Shown in pieces: positions 1 to 6,932 of a stretch of DNA of 32,000 bases. Every line of letters starts with the position of its first letter. Position 1 is the first letter of the stretch. Below the pieces are notes generated by a model. The model ran no database searches. It saw nothing but the letters and a program-made list of their open reading frames with translations, and had not been told where the DNA came from. The translations under genes were made by a program, and so were the position numbers. Origin of the DNA: Xanthomonas campestris pv. campestris str. ATCC 33913 (lineage in GTDB: Bacteria > Pseudomonadota > Gammaproteobacteria > Xanthomonadales > Xanthomonadaceae); the NCBI RefSeq assembly GCF_000007145.1, contig NC_003902.1, positions 3,206,497 to 3,238,496 on the forward strand. Direction: 5' to 3'.

Positions 1-593
1 CGGTTGCGCAACTGGTCGACTGGCGCGCCGAAGGCCTGCAACTCACGCTGGCCTTGAACCTGTCGCCCAATCTGCTGGGCGAGCAGGATTTTCTCGAACA
101 CCTGTGCGCCAAGCTGGCCGACAACGGCCTGGCACCGGCCGACCTGGTGCTGGAACTCACCGAAAGCGCCATCGTGGAGCCGGCCAATGCGCTGAGCATG
201 CTGGCGCGGCTGCGCCTGCATGGGTTCGGCCTGTCCATCGACGATTACGGCACCGGCTTTTCCTCGTTGCAGCGGCTGGCCAGCATCCCGTTTACCGAGC
301 TCAAACTCGACCGCAGCTTCGTGCATGCCGCGCACCGCAGCCGCAGCCAGCGCACCGTGCTGGAATCCACGCTGGAGCTGGCCCACCGGCTGGAACTCAC
401 TGCCGTGGCCGAGGGCGTGGAAACCCCGGAGGACTGGCGCCTGCTCCGCGAACTCGGCTGCGACCTGGCCCAGGGCTACCTGATGGCCTCCCCGATGCCG
501 GGCCCGATGTTGTCGGAGTGGTGGCGCGAACACGCCAGCCGCATCGCCCGTCTCTGCAGCAGCGAGCTTCCCACTGATGCCGACCTTGTCTGA
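1..593 (+). CDS. EAL-domain c-di-GMP phosphodiesterase, C-terminal part (5' end lies outside the window)
   Basis: The frame is open from the window edge to TGA at 591-593. The translation carries the conserved EAL-domain motifs in order: ALNLSP, ELTES, DDYGTGFSSLQRL, KLDRSF, AEGVET, AQGY. Confidence 0.85.
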   Translation, partial: VAQLVDWRAEGLQLTLALNLSPNLLGEQDFLEHLCAKLADNGLAPADLVLELTESAIVEPANALSMLARLRLHGFGLSIDDYGTGFSSLQRLASIPFTELKLDRSFVHAAHRSRSQRTVLESTLELAHRLELTAVAEGVETPEDWRLLRELGCDLAQGYLMASPMPGPMLSEWWREHASRIARLCSSELPTDADLV

Positions 594-1404
594 GCCCATG
601 AGCACGTCGACCGCGATCACCGAACAGGAATTCGGGCGCTTTCAGCGCTTCATTTTCGAAGCCGCCGGCATCAGCATTTCTTCCGGCAAGAAGGCCATGT
701 TGTGCGGACGGCTGGGCAAGCGCCTGCGCGAGCATCAGTTCGACAACTACACCCAATACCTGCAATTGCTGGAAAGCCGGCAGGATCGCGACGAGATCCA
801 GACCGCGATCGACCTGCTGACCACCAACGAAACCTATTTCTTCCGCGAGCCCAAGCACTTCGACCTGCTGCGCCGCCTGGCTGACGACCACCGTGGTGGG
901 CTGCCGCTGCGCTGCTGGAGCGCGGCCAGTTCCACCGGCGAAGAGGCCTACAGCATGGCGATGGTGCTCGACGACGCGCTGCAAGGCCGTGCGTTCGAGG
1001 TGGTCGGCACCGACATCAGCAGCCGCGTGGTGGCCAAGGCCCGCACCGGCCACTACGCCCTGCAGCGCATCGACGGCATTCCACAGGCGTATCTCAAGCG
1101 CTACTGCCTGCGCGGCCAGGGCGAGTACGCCGGCACCTTGCTGGTGGAGCGCCGCCTGCGTGACCGGGTCAAGTTCGTGCATGCCAATCTCAACGCCGCC
1201 TTGCCGATGCTGGGCAGCTTCGATGTGATCTTCCTGCGCAACGTGATGATTTATTTCAATGGCCAGACCAAGCGCGAAGTGATCCTGCGCGTGCTGGCCA
1301 ACCTCAAACCGGGCGGGCACTTCTGCATCGGCCATTCGGAAAGCCTGAGCGAGCTCGACATCGATCTCATCCAGGTGGCACCGTCGATCTTCCGTAAAGC
1401 CTGA
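577..1404 (+). CDS. cheR: CheR-type protein-glutamate O-methyltransferase
   Basis: 275-aa ORF. It has a CheR N-terminal helical region ([18 protein letters not shown]) and a SAM-binding region ([18 protein letters not shown] ... [12 protein letters not shown]). The start is uncertain: ATG 577 overlaps the EAL ORF by 17 nt, and ATG 598 is the alternative. Confidence 0.9.
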
Positions 1405-1418
1405 GCCAGGGATCCACC

Positions 1419-2528
1419 GTGTCCACAGCGTTCAACCGCCCCATCCCGCAGTCCCAGACCATCAAGGCAATGGTGGTCGATGATTCGGCGGTGGTACGCC
1501 AGGTGCTGGTGGGCGTGCTCAACGAAGCGCCCGGCATCGAGGTCATCGCCACCGCCGCCGACCCGTTGCTGGCCATCGAAAAAATGCGCCAGCAGTGGCC
1601 GGACGTGATCGTGCTGGATGTGGAAATGCCGCGCATGGATGGCATCACCTTCCTGCGCAAGATCATGAGCGAGCGCCCCACCCCGGTGGTGATCTGCTCC
1701 ACGCTCACCGAAAAAGGCGCGCGCGTCACCATGGATGCACTGGCCGCCGGCGCAGTGGCCGTGGTCACCAAACCGCGGCTGGGACTCAAGCAGTTCCTCA
1801 CCGACTCGGCCGACGAGCTGGTGGCCACCGTGCGCAGCGCCGCGCGCGCCAACGTCAAACGCCTGGCCGCACGCGTCACTGCCGCGCCGCTGGAGGCCGA
1901 GGTCAAGCACACCGCCGATGTGATCCTGCCTGCGCAAACCGGCCGTGCGTTGGCGCAGACCACCGAGCGGATCGTGGCCATCGGCACCTCCACCGGCGGC
2001 ACCCAGGCGCTGGAAGAAGTGCTCACCGCCTTGCCGCGCGTGTGCCCGGGTATCGTGATCGTGCAGCACATGCCGGAGAAGTTCACCGCCGCGTTTGCTG
2101 CACGCCTCAACGGCTTGTGCCAGATCGCAGTGAAAGAAGCCGCCAACAACGACCGCGTGATGCCGGGACGTGCGCTAATCGCACCCGGCGGCAAGCATCT
2201 GCTGCTGCGCCGCAGTGGCGCGCAATATTTTGTCGAAGTACTGGAAGGCCCGCCGGTGAACCGACATCGCCCGTCGGTCGATGTGCTGTTCCGCTCGGCT
2301 GCGCGCGCGGCCGGCAGCAATGCGCTGGGCATCATCATGACCGGCATGGGCGACGACGGTGCGGCCGGGCTGCTGGAAATGCGCCAGGCCGGTGCACGCA
2401 CAATCGCGCAGGACGAACACACCAGCATCGTGTTCGGCATGCCCAAGGAAGCGATCAAACGCGGCGGTGCAGACCGCATCCTGCCGCTTGGCGCGATGGC
2501 GCGCGAGATCGTGACCCAACTGCAATAG
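1419..2528 (+). CDS. cheB: CheB-type protein-glutamate methylesterase/deamidase with N-terminal receiver domain
   Basis: 369-aa ORF with a GTG start 14 nt after the cheR stop. The receiver domain shows KAMVVDDS and [11 protein letters not shown]. The esterase domain shows the catalytic motifs GTSTGG, VQHMP and MTGMGDDG. Confidence 0.9.
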
Positions 2529-2827
2529 CGATGCATCGGCCTGAGACAGGCAGCGGTGAAAGCTGGCGGTTGCGCCAAGTGCTTCGTGCAACGTCTTAGT
2601 CGGCTCTTCGATCGCGACATCACTGTGCCGGCTTTACGGCACATCGCGTCACGCCTGCGCGTAGCCAGCGAGAGGCGCAATCAGTACCGGCAGGTCGTCC
2701 GTCAACGTACGCACGTCATTGCGATCGCCACGCGCAAGACAGTACGACGTCGTAAATGCCCAACAGGCACGCAGCAAAGTGCACGCAGTCCTGCCCCCAC
2801 TGCTACGCCAGCTGTTTCTCCCCGTAG

Positions 2828-4390
2828 TTACAACTGCGAATCCAGCGGCAACCAGCCCAACACCTTGGCCGCGCCGCGACGCCACACACTGGCGGCCGGT
2901 TCGCGCGTCCACACCGCCGGTGGCTGCGCGGCATCGTCGTGCCAGCGCAATCCGCCCTGCTCCAACGTCACCCGGTAGCTCACCGGCGCGCTCACCTTGT
3001 GGTTGTATAGCCGCTCCAGCTCCGCGGTCACGGTGCGGTCTTCGAATAGCAGGCCCATCTCGGTGTTGAGATTCATCGCCCGCGGGTCCAGGTTGAACGA
3101 ACCGATGAAACCGGCGCTGTCGTCCACCACGAAGGCCTTGGTATGCAGGCTCGCACCACTGGAACCGAACAGGCTGCCATCCGGGCGCCCCATCGGCTTG
3201 AGCTCGTGCAGGCGCACGCCTTGTTGCAGCAGCGGAATGCGGTAGTCCGCATAGCCGCTGTGCACGGCCACGACATCGTTGGCGGCCAGTGAATTGGTCA
3301 ATACGCTGACGCGTACATCGCGCTTGCGCAGGCCACCGATCCAGCGCATGCCGTCGTCGCCGGGCACGAAATAAGGTGAGATCAATTTCAGTTCGCGGCG
3401 TGCGTTGGCCATCTCGCCGATCAGGATCGGCGTCATCCAGTCCGGTTGCGGTGGCGCACCTTCGGCCTTCTCCGGCGGGTCGGCCACGATGCGCGCCTGC
3501 TGCACCCAATGCACCGGGCGATTGCCCTGCATCAAGGCATGCACGCTTGGCGATTGGCGCAGGCGCTCCACGTACGGGTGCGCGCCCACCGACGCCATCC
3601 CGGCGTCCAGGCTGCCGCGCAGTTGCTCCAGCGCCTGCGGCTTGGCGGTGACCAGCGCCGCCAGCGGCAATGCATTGGGGCTGTTCCAGTAGGCATCGAA
3701 CACCTGTTCGGACTGACGCACCGTCGGGCCGATCAAGGCCGCGTCCATGTCCATGAAGTTGGTGTCGCGCGCGGCGTCGAAATATTCGTCGCCCACATTG
3801 CGCCCACCCACCACCGCGATGCGGCCATCGGCAATCCACGCCTTGTTGTGCATGCGTCGGTTGATGCTGAACATGCGCAGCACCATTTCCACGCCGCGCA
3901 TCAGCGTGCCCTCGCGTGCACGGGTGGGGTTGAACAGGCGGATCTCGATCAGCGGATGGCTGTCCAACGCGGCCAGCACCGAGTCGCTGCCATGGATGTT
4001 CATGTCGTCCAGCAACAGGCGCACGCGCACGCCACGGTCGGCCGCACGCAGCAATTCGTTGTGCAACAGGTTGCCGGTGAAGTCGGCATGCCAGATGTAG
4101 TACTGCAGATCCAGGCTGCGGCCGGCCGCACGCGCGGTCAACGCGCGCACCGCAAACGCATCGATGTTGTCGGACAGGATCACCATGCCGGTCTTGCCGG
4201 CATGCGCCTGCTGCAACGGAGCGACGACCTGGTCGATTGGCGTTGCCTGCGCCGCCACCGGCAAGGCATGGCTGGCAGGGCCGCGCTCGCGATCGGCAAA
4301 GCGGCCGTAGCCATACAGCGACAGCACGCTGCCCAGCGCCAGCACCAGCACGCCGATGCCCGCCCACTTGAAGATCTTGCGTTTGGTCAC
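2828..4390 (-). CDS. Phospholipase D family protein with two HKD motifs and an N-terminal membrane anchor (ClsC/YmdC-like cardiolipin synthase or phospholipase)
   Basis: 520-aa ORF with a GTG start at 4390. An N-terminal hydrophobic helix (IFKWAGIGVLVLALGSVLSLYGY) is present. There are two HxKxxxxD motifs with downstream G-x-x-N: MHNKAWIADG...GGRNVGDEY and LHTKAFVVDD...GSFNLDPR. Confidence 0.85.
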   Translation of the reverse strand: MTKRKIFKWAGIGVLVLALGSVLSLYGYGRFADRERGPASHALPVAAQATPIDQVVAPLQQAHAGKTGMVILSDNIDAFAVRALTARAAGRSLDLQYYIWHADFTGNLLHNELLRAADRGVRVRLLLDDMNIHGSDSVLAALDSHPLIEIRLFNPTRAREGTLMRGVEMVLRMFSINRRMHNKAWIADGRIAVVGGRNVGDEYFDAARDTNFMDMDAALIGPTVRQSEQVFDAYWNSPNALPLAALVTAKPQALEQLRGSLDAGMASVGAHPYVERLRQSPSVHALMQGNRPVHWVQQARIVADPPEKAEGAPPQPDWMTPILIGEMANARRELKLISPYFVPGDDGMRWIGGLRKRDVRVSVLTNSLAANDVVAVHSGYADYRIPLLQQGVRLHELKPMGRPDGSLFGSSGASLHTKAFVVDDSAGFIGSFNLDPRAMNLNTEMGLLFEDRTVTAELERLYNHKVSAPVSYRVTLEQGGLRWHDDAAQPPAVWTREPAASVWRRGAAKVLGWLPLDSQL

Positions 4391-4485
4391 TGCCGGTTCC
4401 GCGTTGAAGTGCGCGGCAGTCTAGGGAACCTCTGAACAACGCATGATACGCCCAGGGTTTCCTAGACATCTCAAGGCCATGGAAA

Positions 4486-4779
4486 ATGGTCGATTCGGAG
4501 GTGTCTATGAGCAGCAAGCGATATACGGATGAGTTCAAGATCGAGGCGGTCCGGCAAGTGACTGATCGTGGGTTCAAGGTGGCAGAAGTCGCCGAGCGGC
4601 TGGGTGTCACGACGCACAGCCTGTACGCCTGGCTGCGCACGTTCGGCAAGTCTGGCGTGGTGCATCGCGCCGAGGTGGACCAGAGCGCCGAGGTTCGGCG
4701 GCTGAAGGCAGAGTTGCGTCGAGTGACCGAGGAGCGCGACATCCTAAAAAAGGCCGCCGCGTACTTTGCCAAGGGGTAA
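4486..4779 (+). CDS. IS3-family transposase OrfA (helix-turn-helix DNA-binding part)
   Basis: 97-aa ORF. YTDEFKIEAVRQV...GFKVAEVAERLGVTTHSLYAWLR is a typical IS3 OrfA HTH, followed by a leucine-zipper-like region (EVRRLKAELRRVTEERDILKKAAAYF). Confidence 0.9.
   Translation: MVDSEVSMSSKRYTDEFKIEAVRQVTDRGFKVAEVAERLGVTTHSLYAWLRTFGKSGVVHRAEVDQSAEVRRLKAELRRVTEERDILKKAAAYFAKG
4746..4752 (+). promoter_or_regulatory. Programmed -1 ribosomal frameshift heptamer A_AAA_AAG joining OrfA to OrfB
   Basis: In the orfA frame the sequence reads CTA AAA AAG. A shift to -1 gives KKGRRVLCQGVKAKYAFMQAH..., which runs without a stop into the orfB frame. The site sits in the usual position, 25-30 nt before the orfA stop. 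Confidence 0.75.
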
Positions 4780-4796
4780 AGGCAAAGTACGCCTTC

Positions 4797-5651
4797 ATGC
4801 AAGCCCACTGCGGGGAATTCAGGGTGTGTGCAATGTGCCGGGTATTGCGGGTCAACCGGTCGGGTTATTACGCCTGGTTGTGCTCGCCCAACAGTGAGCG
4901 CGCCAAGGAAGATGATCGCTTGCTTGGACTAATCAAGCACCACTGGCTGGCCAGCGGCAGTGTCTATGGGCATCGCAAGATCACCACGGATCTGCGCGAT
5001 CTGGGTGAGCGTTGTAGTCGTCATCGGGTGCATCGGCTGATGCGCACCGAGGGACTGCGTGCCCAGGTGGGCTATGGTCGCAAACCGCGCTTCCATGGAG
5101 GAATGCAGTGCAAGGCGGCGGCCAACCTGCTTGACCGACAGTTCGACGTGACGGAGCCGGACACGGCCTGGGCGAGCGATTTCACCTTCATCCGCACGCA
5201 TGAAGGCTGGATGTATTTGGCTGTTGTGATCGATCTGTTTTCCAGGCAGGTCGTCGGCTGGGCGATGCGCGATCGGGCCGACACCGAGTTGGTCGTGCAG
5301 GCGGTGTTGTCTGCGGTGTGGCGGCGCAAACCCAACGCTGGTTGCTTGGTTCATTCGGACCAAGGGTCTGTCTACACCAGCGATGACTGGCGCAGTTTCC
5401 TGGCGTCCCATGGCTTGGTGTGCAGCATGAGTCGGCGTGGCAACTGCCACGACAACGCACCCGTGGAGAGCTTCTTCGGCCTGCTCAAACGCGAGCGGAT
5501 CAGGCGGCTGACCTATCCCACCAAGGACGCCGCTCGCGCCGAGGTATTCGACTACATCGAGATGTTCTACAACCCCAACCGCCGCCACGGTTCAACTGGC
5601 GACCTGTCACCTGTAGAGTTTGAACGGCGCTACGCGCAACGAGGGTCTTGA
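4797..5651 (+). CDS. IS3-family transposase OrfB (DDE/RNase H-like catalytic domain), normally made as an OrfAB fusion
   Basis: 284-aa ORF. It contains the conserved VNRSGYYAW motif and a DDE region (WASDFTFI ... HSDQGSVYTS ... GNCHDNAPVESFFGLLKRE). The frame is open upstream as far as the frameshift site. Confidence 0.9.
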   Translation: MQAHCGEFRVCAMCRVLRVNRSGYYAWLCSPNSERAKEDDRLLGLIKHHWLASGSVYGHRKITTDLRDLGERCSRHRVHRLMRTEGLRAQVGYGRKPRFHGGMQCKAAANLLDRQFDVTEPDTAWASDFTFIRTHEGWMYLAVVIDLFSRQVVGWAMRDRADTELVVQAVLSAVWRRKPNAGCLVHSDQGSVYTSDDWRSFLASHGLVCSMSRRGNCHDNAPVESFFGLLKRERIRRLTYPTKDAARAEVFDYIEMFYNPNRRHGSTGDLSPVEFERRYAQRGS

Positions 5652-5713
5652 GTGTCTACGGAACCCTGGGCGTATCAACGCGACACTACCCGCCTGATGT
5701 TGAGGGGTGATCC

Positions 5714-6694
5714 ATGCAACTGACGTTCGGTGACGCTGAGGGCCTGGGCAAGCGCAAGCAGACGCGCCGGGAGATCTTCCTGGCCGAGATGGAGCAGGTC
5801 GTCCCGTGGCAGCAATTGCTCGGGCTGGTCGCGCCGCACTATCCCGTGTCGGGCCGGCCAGGTCGGCAGCCGTACGCACTGGCGAGGATGTTGCGGATTC
5901 ATTTGCTGCAGCAGTGGTATGCGTTGAGCGATCCGGCGATGGAAGAAGCACTGCACGAGATCCCGACCTTGCGGCGGTTTGCCCAGCTCGGTGGCTTGGA
6001 CAACGTTCCGGACGAGACCACGATTCTCAACTTTCGCCGCCTGCTGGAGACCCATGGCCTTGCCGCGCGGATGCTGGAAGCTGTCAACGCGCATCTGGCG
6101 CGCAAGGGCCAGAGCCTGCGGTCGGGCACGATCGTCGATGCGACGCTGATCGCGGCGCCCAGTTCGACCAAGAACGCCGACCATGCGCGCGACCCCGAGA
6201 TGCATCAGACCAAGAAGGGCAATCAGTGGTATTTCGGGATGAAGGCGCACATCGGCGTGGATGAGTTTTCCGGGTTGGTGCACCACGTCCATTGCACGGC
6301 CGCCAACGTCGCCGACGTCACGGTGACGCACACGTTGCTGCATGGCAAAGAAGACAGCGTGTTTGGCGACAGCGGCTACACCGGTGCGGATAAGCGCGAA
6401 GAACTGCAGGACTGCGAGGCTGCATTTTTCATTGCTGCCAAGCGTTCGGTGCTTCAAGCCATCGGCAACAAGCGGGAGCGTGCTCGGGAACAGCGTTGGG
6501 AACACTTCAAGGCCAGCGTGCGCGCGAAGGTGGAGCATCCGTTCCGGGTGATCAAGCGCCAGTTCGGTTACACCAAGGTCCGCTATCGCGGCCTGGCGAA
6601 GAACACCGCGCAGGTGCTGACGCTGTTTGCGCTGTCAAACCTGTGGATGAAGCGAAAGCAGTTATTGCCTGCTATGGGGAGCGTGCGCCTGTAA
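5714..6694 (+). CDS. IS5-family DDE transposase
   Basis: 326-aa ORF with typical IS5-group motifs: the N-terminal region REIFLAEMEQVVPW, then IVDATLI, GMKAHIGVD, GDSGYTG and FRVIKRQFGYTKVRYRGL. Confidence 0.9.
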   Translation: MQLTFGDAEGLGKRKQTRREIFLAEMEQVVPWQQLLGLVAPHYPVSGRPGRQPYALARMLRIHLLQQWYALSDPAMEEALHEIPTLRRFAQLGGLDNVPDETTILNFRRLLETHGLAARMLEAVNAHLARKGQSLRSGTIVDATLIAAPSSTKNADHARDPEMHQTKKGNQWYFGMKAHIGVDEFSGLVHHVHCTAANVADVTVTHTLLHGKEDSVFGDSGYTGADKREELQDCEAAFFIAAKRSVLQAIGNKRERAREQRWEHFKASVRAKVEHPFRVIKRQFGYTKVRYRGLAKNTAQVLTLFALSNLWMKRKQLLPAMGSVRL

Positions 6695-6891
6695 CGCAGG
6701 CAACACCCTGCAAACGCGCCGGAAACGGCAAAAAAATCGAGGATCTGAGCGCCGTCAGCCTAGCCGATGTAGTTGGGCTCATCCTCCGACGCCGTTGATC
6801 AGACCATCCCTAGAGGCTCTGCGAGCAGGCTGGTGTGCAGACGCAGCGCATCGCAGCGGGCTCATCCTTGCGCGCATGCCGCGCGCAACGC

Positions 6892-6917
6892 GTGCAGGCG
6901 ACCGTCGCCGCCTGCAC
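6892..6917 (-). terminator. Candidate terminator hairpin downstream of the M13 peptidase gene
   Basis: 9-bp perfect GC-rich stem GTGCAGGCG/CGCCTGCAC with an 8-nt loop. It begins 16 nt past the stop codon on the minus strand. No U-tract follows, so the call is weak. Confidence 0.35.
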
Positions 6918-6932
6918 GCTGGTCCATCACGC

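Larger units (their letters stand above)
4443..5677 (+). mobile_element. IS3-family insertion sequence (orfA/orfB with -1 frameshift), nested in the IS5-family element
   Basis: 25-bp terminal inverted repeats with TG...CA ends: TGATACGCCCAGGGTTTCCTAGACA (4444-4468) against the reverse complement of 5653-5677, TGATACGCCCAGGGTTCCGTAGACA, with 23 of 25 matches. A 4-bp direct repeat ACGC (4439-4442 and 5678-5681) results if the left terminus is placed at 4443. Confidence 0.9.
4425..6809 (+). mobile_element. IS5-family insertion sequence (IS5 group), interrupted near its left end by an IS3-family element
   Basis: Imperfect terminal inverted repeats: left GGAACCTCTGAACAACG (4425-4441) against the reverse complement of the right end, GGATGGTCTGATCAACG (ends at 6809), with 13 of 17 matches. 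A CTAG direct repeat flanks the element at 4421-4424 and 6810-6813. One intact DDE transposase ORF lies inside. The element is 1146 bp once the nested IS and its duplication are removed. Confidence 0.8.

Noticed and set aside
397-2680. Long minus-strand ORFs (397-1335, 1251-2069, 1367-2680) antisense to the EAL, cheR and cheB genes
   Set aside because: The plus-strand frames carry unambiguous EAL, CheR and CheB motifs. The antisense translations are low-complexity and Arg/Ala/His-rich, with no recognisable domains.
2649-4808. 719-aa minus-strand ORF spanning the PLD gene and running into the IS elements
   Set aside because: It is out of frame with the motif-bearing PLD ORF (2828-4390) and crosses the IS5 and IS3 termini. 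Its Arg/Gly/Ala/Pro-rich composition is typical of shadow frames in high-GC DNA.
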